64,000 nucleotides of DNA. Source: a virus. The notes under the pieces were generated by a model that saw nothing but the letters and a program-made list of their open reading frames with translations, had not been told where the DNA came from and searched no databases. Shown piece after piece: positions 1 to 9,363 of the stretch (position 1 is its first letter; every line of letters begins with the position of its first letter). Both the position numbers and the translations under genes were made by a program. The DNA is taken from positions 1 through 64,000 of the IMG/VR virus record IMGVR_UViG_3300027973_000030. One strand, 5' to 3'.

Positions 1-3000
1 TAATAGTGCATATTGAATTTCACTTGCTCCTGTATTATTTAATGTTAAACGTAATCCACCAGGACCACCATCGGCTGTACTAGTAAAATTACCTCCTGCA
101 GTTACACTACTAGAGAATGTAGCTGCTTGTCCTGTAGCTGCTATTTTAAGTCCCCAAGCTCCACTAGTTCCTAAATATAAATCATTTGCAGATATAGCAG
201 CTAGTCCTATACTATAAGCAGATGTTCCAGTCATCATACTTCCACCACCACTTCCTTCTACTCCAATATTCATTCTTCCAGTGCTGTTTTGAGCATCAAT
301 GAAAGTACTTGACGTACCAGTATTTGGACTTAAAGAAAGTGTTTGGTTATTTCTTTTAAGATATACTAATCCATTAAAATAACTTGTATCTCCTATACCT
401 ATTCCACCAGATACTATTAAAGCACCAGTTGATATAGATGTAGATACAGTAGTTGATTGAACAGATAAACTACTAGAAAATGTAGCACTTGTTCCACTCA
501 ATGCACCTGTTAAAGTACCACCAGTTAATAGTAAGTAATTAGCTAATGAAGCAGTTGATACTTTATTATTAAAGGTAGTCCAATCTGTATTTGATAAGTA
601 ACCATTTGTTGATCCACTTGATTGGGTTATAGAAATAGTACCTGCAGTATTTACTAAAGGTCCTGAAAATGTTAATGCTGATTGCTTACTATTAAATATA
701 GTCCAATCAGTGTTAGATAGGAATCCGTTTGTAGAACCGCTTGATTGACTAATAGATACTGTTCCACTTGTGTTAACTAATGGGCCTGTAAAAGTTAAAG
801 TAGATTGTTTACCAGCTAATGACGTAGTAATAGTAGTGGCAAAATTAGCATCATTACCTAGGGCAGTTGCTAATTCGTTAAGTGTATCTAAAGTTGAAGG
901 AGCTGAGTTAACTAAGTTAGCTACAGCTGTTGTAACATAAGATTGTGTAGCGTAAGTAGCGTTATCATAACTCACTGTAGTACCAGACATTCTTACTAGT
1001 CCAGTTCCATTAAGTTGTGGTTGTGCACCTAATGATGCATTATTAATAGTCCAAGTTCTATCTGCTGATAAATCGTAACTAGTACCATTTATAGTAAGAG
1101 TTCTTGTTGTAGATAATCCACTAAAGGCACCTACAGAATATGCATATGATATAATTTCTAATGCATCATTTAGAACGGCAGCATTAGCTAATACAACAGT
1201 TGTACCATTGCTAGCTGTATATTCAGAAGCTGCTAATTTAGATCCATTATAGAATACATCTATTAAACCTGGAGTGTAGCTAACTGTAAAGCTAGTCTGA
1301 CCGGCAGTGGCTGTAAAATAACTTACTTGTCTTAGTGCACTACTAGCTGTAAATGCTGATGTGTATTTTATTACATCAACAATATTGTTTACGCCAGTTC
1401 CTGTAGTTAGCACTACAGTGGTTCCGTTAGTTGCTGTAAAGTCAGCTGATGTTAATCTAACACCATTTATAAATACATCTACAAGTCCCACTACATATCC
1501 ACCTGTTACAGTGAAAGTAGTTTGAGCAGCCGTAGCTGTATAAGTTTGTATTGTTCTAGCAGAAGGAGTGACACCAATTGTCCATGTACGGTCAGCTGTT
1601 AAATCATATGCGTCACCATTAATAGTTAATGTTCTAGCATTTGTTACAGGAGTGTACGTTAAAGCTGTAGTTACATCAGAAGATGTAAGCGTAATAGCAC
1701 CTGTACGGGTATTGAAACTAGTAACACCACCTTGATATTGAGGAATATTTAAAACATTTCCTGATAGTGTTGCTGCTCCACTTGTACCTGTAGTGGTAAG
1801 ACTTGTTATCCTATTAGTATAAGCACTGTCCCAAGTTGTTTGAGATGCGGTTGTAGGTATTGAATATCCTGCTGTTAAACTAAATACACCTGTTGTATTT
1901 GTGTATGTTAAACCAGTTGCAGTAGAACTTAAAGAAACTAATGTGATGTAGTTAGCTCCATTAGTTATTTGATTGTTATTAGTAGGAATGGTTATAACAC
2001 CAGTGGTAGAATTATATCCACCGCTACCAGCAACAAAAGATAAAGCTAATCTAGCTCTAGCATCAGTGTAATATAGGTTACCAGATTCAGTAACCAATGC
2101 AGTTGTATAGTCTCCAGAAGTAGGAGTGATAGCTCCTGTTCTTGTATTGAATGATGTAACACCAGAAGCTATAGTCCATGAACGATCTGCAGATAAATCA
2201 TATCCTGTTCCGTTGATGGTAATAGTTCTAGATTGTGGAACTTTAGTTCCTATAGAAGTTGCTATAGTAGTAGCAAAACTTGGATCGTTTCCAAGAGCTG
2301 CCGCTAATTCATTTAAAGTATCTAATGTAGATGGAGCAGATGCTACTAAGTTGGCTATTTGAGTTCCAACATAAGTTTGAGTGGCATATGAATTAGCAGT
2401 TAAATAAGCTAATACACGTGCGTCTGTGTAGTATAAATTAGTACCCTCAGCTATATTAGTTGTTGTAAGAACAACAGCACCTGTTAAAGTGTTTACACTA
2501 GTTACACCTCCTGTTACAGTGATGACACCAGTGGAAGAATTATATGAGCCAGAACCTGTTACACTAATAGCAGCACGAGCTCTTGCATCTGTGTAATAAA
2601 GATTAGTACCTTCAGTTACTAGTGTAGTGGTATAATCACCGCTCACTGCAATCACTGTACCTGTTCTTCCAAATATTGATACAACACCTCCTATATAACT
2701 AGGGATGTTTAATACACCTGTTGAACTATTATAAGTAGCAGATCCACTAGTGCCAGTGGTGGTTAATGATATAGATGCTCTTGCACGAGCATTAGTATAA
2801 TAAAGATTAGTTGCACCTTCAGGTACTTGGTCTGTATTAGATATAAATCCATTGTAGATTGGATTGTATACATATACATCTAATACATCATTTACTAAAG
2901 CAGCATCTGCCAATGTAAATGTATTACCATTACTTGCTGTAATAGATGTTGGTGTAAGTAATACACCATTTAAGAATACATCAATAAGTCCAGCAGTGTA

Positions 3001-3618
3001 ACCACCAGATACTGTAAATACAGTTTGACCTGCTGTAGCAGTAAATTGTTGTAAAGCTCTAATAGCTCCTACACCAGTAGCAGCTACAGATACAATACCT
3101 GTACCATCAATATTTAAACCACTACCAATCTTGATACCACCAAGAGTGACACCAGAAGCTATTGGTAATGTATAAGAAGTTGGTGCAGCACCATTAACCC
3201 ATTGGGTTCCATTGTACTGAAGTACTTGGTTAGTAGTTGGGGATGTAAGTGTTACATCAGAAAGACCAGCAAGGGTTGTAATAATACTTACTGCATTTGT
3301 AGAAATAGACGTAATTCTACCTTTTGCATCTACAGTTATTGTAGGAATATTAGAAGCATTACCATAACTACCGGCAGTGACACCAGAATTGGCTAATGTT
3401 AATGCAATAGAAGTAGTACCTGACCCAGTGGCGTCACCAGATACAGTTATCGTTTGGTTAGCAGTAAGATACGACTGATTCTTTATGAATGCAGTAGTTG
3501 CTAACTTTGTAGAATTATCATTGGTTGCAGGGGTCTGACCGGTAGCAGTATTGTTAAAAGTAACTACACCATCTACTGTCAGACCGGCCTTAGCCAGTAT
3601 GTCAGATAGAAACTTCAT
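1..3618 (-). CDS. Long tail fibre / receptor-binding protein, 3' end beyond the window edge (>1206 aa); absent from the ORF track
   Basis: ATG at 3618-3616 (MKFLSDILAKAGLTVDG...). The frame was open in every segment translated, down to position 1. Thr/Gly/Ser-rich, with fibre motifs APSTLDTLNELAxALGND (x2), LYYTxAR (x4), TATAxQTxFTV..GLIDVFxNG (x3) and TINGxxYDLxADRxWTI (x3). Confidence 0.85.
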   Translation of the reverse strand, partial: MKFLSDILAKAGLTVDGVVTFNNTATGQTPATNDNSTKLATTAFIKNQSYLTANQTITVSGDATGSGTTSIALTLANSGVTAGSYGNASNIPTITVDAKGRITSISTNAVSIITTLAGLSDVTLTSPTTNQVLQYNGTQWVNGAAPTSYTLPIASGVTLGGIKIGSGLNIDGTGIVSVAATGVGAIRALQQFTATAGQTVFTVSGGYTAGLIDVFLNGVLLTPTSITASNGNTFTLADAALVNDVLDVYVYNPIYNGFISNTDQVPEGATNLYYTNARARASISLTTTGTSGSATYNSSTGVLNIPSYIGGVVSIFGRTGTVIAVSGDYTTTLVTEGTNLYYTDARARAAISVTGSGSYNSSTGVITVTGGVTSVNTLTGAVVLTTTNIAEGTNLYYTDARVLAYLTANSYATQTYVGTQIANLVASAPSTLDTLNELAAALGNDPSFATTIATSIGTKVPQSRTITINGTGYDLSADRSWTIASGVTSFNTRTGAITPTSGDYTTALVTESGNLYYTDARARLALSFVAGSGGYNSTTGVITIPTNNNQITNGANYITLVSLSSTATGLTYTNTTGVFSLTAGYSIPTTASQTTWDSAYTNRITSLTTTGTSGAATLSGNVLNIPQYQGGVTSFNTRTGAITLTSSDVTTALTYTPVTNARTLTINGDAYDLTADRTWTIGVTPSARTIQTYTATAAQTTFTVTGGYVVGLVDVFINGVRLTSADFTATNGTTVVLTTGTGVNNIVDVIKYTSAFTASSALRQVSYFTATAGQTSFTVSYTPGLIDVFYNGSKLAASEYTASNGTTVVLANAAVLNDALEIISYAYSVGAFSGLSTTRTLTINGTSYDLSADRTWTINNASLGAQPQLNGTGLVRMSGTTVSYDNATYATQSYVTTAVANLVNSAPSTLDTLNELATALGNDANFATTITTSLAGKQSTLTFTGPLVNTSGTVSISQSSGSTNGFLSNTDWTIFNSKQSALTFSGPLVNTAGTISITQSSGSTNGYLSNTDWTTFNNKVSTASLANYLLLTGGTLTGALSGTSATFSSSLSVQSTTVSTSISTGALIVSGGIGIGDTSYFNGLVYLKRNNQTLSLSPNTGTSSTFIDAQNSTGRMNIGVEGSGGGSMMTGTSAYSIGLAAISANDLYLGTSGAWGLKIAATGQAATFSSSVTAGGNFTSTADGGPGGLRLTLNNTGASEIQYALL

Positions 3619-3630
3619 TCAGTTTATTTA

Positions 3631-4842
3631 TTAGATTGAGCTAACGACCACTCTATAAGTATCAGCTACAGGTGAACCAGCAAATGTTAATGTAACAACA
3701 GAAGTAGATGTCTTAACAACGTCTACTAACACTTCATTATCAGATGAATCTGTCACTTGAACAAATACATCTTTAGTGCCTAAGTTATGTGTTACTGTTT
3801 GAGCTCCAGCTGCTGCAACTACAACGTTAGTTGCATATTTGTAAGTAGCTAAGTTTGTCTTTAACTTTAATGGAGTAACAATTGTGATATCATCAGTACC
3901 TGTGTTAGTCTCAGTCTGAGTAGCAATTTCTGCAATACCCGTTCTTGTTTCTGTAGCAGTACGAGCAGATAATGTAGCAGGAGTGATAGCTTTTACAGCA
4001 TCAGTTCCTGTTTGTACCTCAGCAGATGTTGCTAAGTAAACAAGACCTAAAACAGTTGTAGTAGCTTGATCACGGTTAACCTCTAATGAAGTCCAGTTAG
4101 AAGCATAAACAGTTGTTGAAGCAGAGTTAACTGTTGCAATCAACATATCACCTACATTAAAAGAAACACCACTTACTGTGCCAGCAACTGATACATACCA
4201 ATAGTCTCCTTTTTTAGTTCCAACTACTGGAGCTGCACCTACAGGGAAAGTACCAACAGAAGCATCCCAAGATCCTTCCAAGTTACCTAAAGCACCTATT
4301 TGAGCATCAACATAAGTTTTAACTGCTGTAGATGTAGGAATGTTAGCATTAGAAGCTGTTGCTAATGTACCATCAGTTATAACTGAAACCTCAGCAGCAT
4401 TTGCTGTACCTCCAGTTACGTTACCTACAACAGTCATTGTAGCAAGCTGTTGTAACTTAGCAAAAGTCACTGCGTTAGCATTGATCTTTACAGTGGTTAC
4501 TGCAGAGTCAGCTAATTTAGCTGTTGATACACCAAGATCTTTAATACGTAGAGTATCAGCATTGATCTCTATGGTAACACTATCAACGTTTACATCAAGA
4601 GTGATTACATCACCGTTACCTGATGTTGAGGCAGTAAGACCTGCTCCACCAAGTACATCTTGAATGTCTCCTGACATGTCAATCCACGCTGCACTATCCC
4701 AGAAGTAAACTCTGGCGTCAGCTGTGTTATAATAAATTTGTCCTACAACAGGTGAGGACGGAGCAGTAGCCAAGTTTTGTAAGGCTACGTTTAGTATCTG
4801 GTTTTTACTAAAGTCCAGACTGGTAAGAACTTTTTTAGACAT
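3631..4842 (-). CDS. Tail fibre-associated structural protein (403 aa)
   Basis: T/A/V-rich, with fibre-type repeats (VSTAKLADSAVTTVKI; ATSAEVQTGTD/ATQTETNTGTD) and a C-terminal THNLGT beta domain; next to the tail fibre gene. Confidence 0.7.
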   Translation of the reverse strand: MSKKVLTSLDFSKNQILNVALQNLATAPSSPVVGQIYYNTADARVYFWDSAAWIDMSGDIQDVLGGAGLTASTSGNGDVITLDVNVDSVTIEINADTLRIKDLGVSTAKLADSAVTTVKINANAVTFAKLQQLATMTVVGNVTGGTANAAEVSVITDGTLATASNANIPTSTAVKTYVDAQIGALGNLEGSWDASVGTFPVGAAPVVGTKKGDYWYVSVAGTVSGVSFNVGDMLIATVNSASTTVYASNWTSLEVNRDQATTTVLGLVYLATSAEVQTGTDAVKAITPATLSARTATETRTGIAEIATQTETNTGTDDITIVTPLKLKTNLATYKYATNVVVAAAGAQTVTHNLGTKDVFVQVTDSSDNEVLVDVVKTSTSVVTLTFAGSPVADTYRVVVSSI

Positions 4843-4858
4843 GATATTTTATTTTAAA

Positions 4859-5386
4859 TTAATTTAAGAAAGCTTTGCCGCTAAATGAAGCTGAAAAGTT
4901 TAAGGTTAAAGTGTTATTATTATTATAAACTACTTCTCCTATTATTTCAGAGCTAGCAGTATCAACGATAGTTACAGAAGGATATTTATTCAAGTTATGA
5001 GTTATACTCCAAGATGAAGCTGGTGTAGATTGATCATGGATATAAGCATAATTAAAATTATCTGATATAAACGTATTATCTCTATAGGTTAGTTTTACAG
5101 TTCTATTAGTAGTTGTATTAGTAATACCAATAGTCATAACTGATCTATTATAAGATTCAGCTATTGAAGCATATTGAGCATCTGTTAAACCTATTGGTTT
5201 AAAACTATTACCATCCCAACTGTAAAAAATGGTAACATCTTTATCATATACTATTAAACCTTTATCATTACTATTTAATGTTGACGCTAACGTTGTACGT
5301 TCTACAGTTGATATAGGGTATAGTTTAGCATTAAGAATCTGGTTCTTATTAAAATCATAATCAACATATATTGTTTGTAGTGCCAT
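4859..5386 (-). CDS. Tail-associated structural protein (175 aa)
   Basis: Shares the N-terminal DFxKNQILN with 3631-4842 and the C-terminal WxIxHNL..P.V...GKAxL domain with 5386-5982. Confidence 0.6.
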   Translation of the reverse strand: MALQTIYVDYDFNKNQILNAKLYPISTVERTTLASTLNSNDKGLIVYDKDVTIFYSWDGNSFKPIGLTDAQYASIAESYNRSVMTIGITNTTTNRTVKLTYRDNTFISDNFNYAYIHDQSTPASSWSITHNLNKYPSVTIVDTASSEIIGEVVYNNNNTLTLNFSASFSGKAFLN

Positions 5387-5982
5387 TATGATAAATATGC
5401 TTTACCAGCTACTGCTTGATTAAAAATTATTCTAATGGTATTATCATCTATATAGTTAATAGTACCAACTATATCAGCTCCTGTTAAATCATTTATTCTA
5501 ACATTTGGTTTTAAGTTCATGTTATGACTTATATTCCAAATTAAAGCAGCTGTTGGTTGTGAAAATACAAAAGAACTATTCTGATTAACAACAATAGATG
5601 GATTTAAGTTAATTCTAGTAATACATCCACCAGAGTTAATCTCAATAATGTTTTGACCAGCCTGCTGTTGATTCATATAGTTCAAACCTACAGTAGGACC
5701 TTTACCATCTCCAGATAAAAAATATCCAGTACCACCTTTAGAGTATAATACATCATCATACTTTACACCTAACCAAGTTTTAAGTTGAACTTTAGTTTCA
5801 GAAAGAGCACCATCATCTTCATTTGCTTCCCATTCAACTAACTCTTTTCTTAAAGAAATAAGTTGATTATCTTGTTTTGGTTCACAAGATTCAATACCAT
5901 ATCTCATCTGTCTATACAAACGATACATGATATCAGCAAACTGCTTATTATATTTTACTTTATTCGGTAGATACGTTCTCAT
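5386..5982 (-). CDS. Tail-associated structural protein (198 aa)
   Basis: C-terminal WNISHNMNLKPNV...GKAYLS is paralogous to the neighbour; stop/start overlap at 5386. Confidence 0.6.
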   Translation of the reverse strand: MRTYLPNKVKYNKQFADIMYRLYRQMRYGIESCEPKQDNQLISLRKELVEWEANEDDGALSETKVQLKTWLGVKYDDVLYSKGGTGYFLSGDGKGPTVGLNYMNQQQAGQNIIEINSGGCITRINLNPSIVVNQNSSFVFSQPTAALIWNISHNMNLKPNVRINDLTGADIVGTINYIDDNTIRIIFNQAVAGKAYLS

Positions 5983-6118
5983 TTTCAGTTTTAATCTGAT
6001 TAATTAACTGTTGTTCATACAAGGTTATACAATTTGCACAAACATTAGTTCCGTTAGAAGCTATTCTGTCTTGACACCCGCATGTAATTTGGGTTCCACA
6101 ATTTGAACACTGTCTCAT
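5960..6118 (-). CDS. Small Cys-rich protein (52 aa), below the ORF-track cutoff
   Basis: Manual translation MRQCSNCGTQITCGCQDRIASNGTNVCANCITLYEQQ...; fills the gap between two same-strand genes. Confidence 0.65.
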   Translation of the reverse strand: MRQCSNCGTQITCGCQDRIASNGTNVCANCITLYEQQLINQIKTENENVSTE

Positions 6119-6140
6119 TATATTTGGTTTTTAGTGAGTT

Positions 6141-6698
6141 TTAACAGTTTGATCCACAAAGAGCATTGGTAATTTTATCCAATCTTTTCTTTGCATACAT
6201 CAAAAGTTCTATACCTGCTTCAGGACTATGACAGTATTCTACCTTAGCTTTAGCTGCATCTATAAAACTTTTTATTAATCGTAGTTCTTCAAGTTTTTCT
6301 TTTACATCAGCTCCTGGTTCACAAGCACTCATCTCTAGTTCACATAAAAGATTATAATATCTATTTACTGTTTGTGTTACACGAAGATAATTATATTCTA
6401 CTTGAACTATGCTATTTGGTGATAAAGAATAATTGATAACATATATACCATCTGGTATAGGTTGAAGATTGTCAGTACATCCTGTCTTTTGTAAACCCAA
6501 AGTACAGGCTGTTAATGTAGTATTAAATCCAGGTAACATCTCAATGTTTACAGGAAGGTTAAACCCTGGAGAAGTAATACTTAGTGTACCACAATCTTGT
6601 CCAATACCATCAGCATATATGCTGGTATCAAAGATACGTAAAACCTTAATATTGTTAGTATCAGGCAGCTCTAAACTTAGCTGATGTTTGCTTGCCAT
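6141..6698 (-). CDS. Putative virion (tail hub/ring-region) protein (185 aa)
   Basis: Lies in the crAss-like structural block downstream of a late-promoter-like motif; function inferred from synteny only. Confidence 0.5.
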   Translation of the reverse strand: MASKHQLSLELPDTNNIKVLRIFDTSIYADGIGQDCGTLSITSPGFNLPVNIEMLPGFNTTLTACTLGLQKTGCTDNLQPIPDGIYVINYSLSPNSIVQVEYNYLRVTQTVNRYYNLLCELEMSACEPGADVKEKLEELRLIKSFIDAAKAKVEYCHSPEAGIELLMYAKKRLDKITNALCGSNC

Positions 6699-6741
6699 TA
6701 GTGTAAACTTTTATAGTTTATGTAAATTTAAAAACGAAGGT

Positions 6742-6758
6742 CCTCAATAATAATATAC
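6742..6758 (-). promoter_or_regulatory. Putative phage late promoter motif (GTATATTATTATTGAGG)
   Basis: One of four GTATATTwTw copies, each upstream of a minus-strand late gene group. Confidence 0.5.
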
Positions 6759-6783
6759 CTATTTTCTAGCACTTTTCCAAAAC

Positions 6784-6816
6784 AAAAAAAAGGGAGGGAC
6801 ATGAGTCCGCTCCCTT
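6784..6816 (-). terminator. Intrinsic terminator after the auxiliary capsid-like gene
   Basis: Minus strand AGGGAGCGGAC-TCAT-GTCCCTCCCT followed by a T-run. Confidence 0.8.
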
Positions 6817-6840
6817 CTTATTAATATTTACTAGAATCTC

Positions 6841-8199
6841 TTAGTAAGTCTCTAAAGTAACAGTGTTACCTGCTGCAGTAGCACTTGACGTGATGAAGTT
6901 AGTAATTGAAGTAGTTGCGGTACCAGCTGGTACGTGAACCACTAACAAATACTGATCATTGTCAAATGTTCCAGTAGGGTTGCTGAAACGTGGTACTGAA
7001 TGTAAGATCATAACTTGATCATACAAAGCATTACGGTTTACAGTAGCCAAAGCTGGATCAGCTTCAATTTCACGCATACGTAAATGTTCTACACGAGAAC
7101 TATCAGGGTAAGCGTTTTGTAAGTAACGACCATCTAAGATCAACTCACGAAGTACAGTTTCACCAGAACCAGATGTAGCCACTGCAGTTTGAACCTCAGC
7201 AGATACAAATCCGTTTGCAGCACAAGGATCACCAGACTCTTCTACGAAAGAAGTGTAGATAATCAATGGCTCTAAATCGTACTTATCGGTAGGAGTGAAA
7301 GTACAAGATCCAAATTTAGTCTCAACATAAGCAGCAGCAATCTCTAAATGAGAGTCTACAGCAGCAATATTGTTTGCAGAAGATGTTACTGGAGTGTAAC
7401 CTGCAGTAGTAATCTCAGCATAAACAGCAGCATTTACGTTAGTAGATGATGTAGCAGCTATACTTAAAACTACGTTTACATAACCAGCTCCACCTGAATC
7501 AGCAGCACCAACGCTTACAATTCTAGCAGCTTCTGGAATACCAGCAGCAATTAACTTACCACCTACAGTGAACTTAGTTCTATCTGCATTAGCCACAACA
7601 ATAGTTGCAGAAGCCGCAGTAGGATCAATCGCTACAGATGCATAAGTTTGATTGTAAACTTTAGCCACTACAAAGTCTTTCAACAATAGAGCTTCATTAA
7701 TTTGGTCTTTCCATTTAAGTAAGACTACGTTTTGGTCCACTGTGTTAGCAGTACCGGCAACAGTGTCACATCCTGTGTAACCATCTAAAGTCTTATACAA
7801 TTGGTGGTTCAAAAAGCGTAAAGCTGGAGAACCTTTGATGTCAAGACGTAAACGGTACGTAGAATCACTGTTAATTGTAGCAGCAGAAGGATCTACTTTT
7901 ACAATTTGGTTTTTAGCAACATCAGAAGTAATCTTCATTACACGGCTGATGTACTTAGGGTTAATCACTTTAGACTTAACTGACTCTTTGTAGCCACCGT
8001 GAACGGGACCAATTTTGTCAGCAGCAAAGTAACTACCTTGAGCAAAGATAAAAGGTGCAGCTTGAGCAGTAACAACTTGGTAAGTCTTGGCATCAAAGAA
8101 ACCAATCTGTCCAGCTGTTAAAGCGTCAGTACCACCAGTTGTTGCTAGAGTTGTACTAGCAGGCAAGAACGACTTGCGGAATGCATTAGGAAAATACAT
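6841..8199 (-). CDS. Auxiliary capsid / major structural protein, crAss-like (452 aa)
   Basis: Ala/Thr-rich 452 aa protein four genes downstream of the MCP and followed by a strong terminator, as in crAss-like head modules. Confidence 0.6.
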   Translation of the reverse strand: MYFPNAFRKSFLPASTTLATTGGTDALTAGQIGFFDAKTYQVVTAQAAPFIFAQGSYFAADKIGPVHGGYKESVKSKVINPKYISRVMKITSDVAKNQIVKVDPSAATINSDSTYRLRLDIKGSPALRFLNHQLYKTLDGYTGCDTVAGTANTVDQNVVLLKWKDQINEALLLKDFVVAKVYNQTYASVAIDPTAASATIVVANADRTKFTVGGKLIAAGIPEAARIVSVGAADSGGAGYVNVVLSIAATSSTNVNAAVYAEITTAGYTPVTSSANNIAAVDSHLEIAAAYVETKFGSCTFTPTDKYDLEPLIIYTSFVEESGDPCAANGFVSAEVQTAVATSGSGETVLRELILDGRYLQNAYPDSSRVEHLRMREIEADPALATVNRNALYDQVMILHSVPRFSNPTGTFDNDQYLLVVHVPAGTATTSITNFITSSATAAGNTVTLETY

Positions 8200-8241
8200 A
8201 GGGCTTTAATTTAAGGGTTTATAAATAAAAAAAAATAAATT

Positions 8242-8655
8242 TTAACTTAAGAACATTAACTTATACTTGGTTGAAGATATCAAACTCTTTACCTCATCTA
8301 GTTGGTTTACTATTTCAGAGAAAGGCATAAGCTTCTGTAAATCAACAACTTCTGTATATAATTCTTTCATGTGAGATATTGCTTCCTGTACAGATCCACA
8401 TTTATATGGACTCACTGCCGGGAAGTCTAGAAGCTTCTCACGAGCTCCTTGATATTGTTCAGCTACACTATCTACTAAATCTGGCATTCCAGTATAAAAC
8501 TCACCAAGAGCTTTATGTGCTGCAAAAGATCCAGGTCCTGTAATCTTCAGATGCAACTGATGCACACTTGTTGTAAGAGCCTGAGCATGAGCTATCATTG
8601 CAGCTGTTTCAGCACAAGGTCCCATTGGTCCAGGTCGTTGTAGTTTCTGCATCAT
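8242..8655 (-). CDS. Dps/ferritin-like protein
   Basis: HQLHL..GSFAAHKALGEFY..DLVDSVAEQYQG matches the ferritin/Dps four-helix metal-site pattern. Confidence 0.7.
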   Translation of the reverse strand: MMQKLQRPGPMGPCAETAAMIAHAQALTTSVHQLHLKITGPGSFAAHKALGEFYTGMPDLVDSVAEQYQGAREKLLDFPAVSPYKCGSVQEAISHMKELYTEVVDLQKLMPFSEIVNQLDEVKSLISSTKYKLMFLS

Positions 8656-9359
8656 TAGCTATTTCTTTGTGCGTTTTGTGTATCTCTTTGATACTGATTT
8701 AAACTTTCTATATCTCCAGCTAAAATAGCTGCTGCTTCATCCACTAGTATTTCACAAATATCATCTTTCAATTCACATTCTACATTAGATGCATTAGTTG
8801 AACCTGTATTAATATTGATACAACCTTGTAATTGAATATCTTTAGGTTTTCTATAATAGATCAATTTTGCATCTACTACGTTAAATTTACCATCTGTATA
8901 TATTCTTACCTTATCTCCCAGAATAGTACAGAATGTTTCTGCCCATTCAAAAGAGGGTTGTTTAAAATTATCTCCTAATAAGATATCTACGTTAGCTTCT
9001 TCAGCTTGATAGATACTTACAAAGTTTCTTGCAGGACAACACTCAGTTTTAGCTTTTGCACTAATCCTTACAAAGTGTAAATAATTAGCCGGTATTGGGT
9101 TAGTCTCAAAGTATTTAGGACTTTCAGTACCTTTTAATTCTACCTCATTAAGAAGAATTTGTAAGTCATCCACTACAGTGACACTTTGTTCAGTTGCTTC
9201 TCTTACAGCATTAAGACCGTGGAGGCGTCTACGCACCCACTCTAACTGAGCTTTATTAAACGCTTCTTGGATCATCCAACATTCTATGTTGTCATAATCA
9301 AAAGAAGCTAGTTTATTCAGCCTTTGCTTGATCTTTATTTGTAAGAGATTGTTATTCAT
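8655..9359 (-). CDS. Tail ring / head-tail connector-like protein (234 aa)
   Basis: FNKAQLEWV...YYRKP...EILVDEAA pattern and position in the crAss-like capsid module. Confidence 0.6.
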   Translation of the reverse strand: MNNNLLQIKIKQRLNKLASFDYDNIECWMIQEAFNKAQLEWVRRRLHGLNAVREATEQSVTVVDDLQILLNEVELKGTESPKYFETNPIPANYLHFVRISAKAKTECCPARNFVSIYQAEEANVDILLGDNFKQPSFEWAETFCTILGDKVRIYTDGKFNVVDAKLIYYRKPKDIQLQGCININTGSTNASNVECELKDDICEILVDEAAAILAGDIESLNQYQRDTQNAQRNS

Positions 9360-9363
9360 ATTA

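Noticed and set aside
2126-4663. Plus-strand ORFs 2126-2362, 3202-3396 and 4340-4663
   Set aside because: Antisense shadows of the tail-fibre genes, produced by their codon bias.
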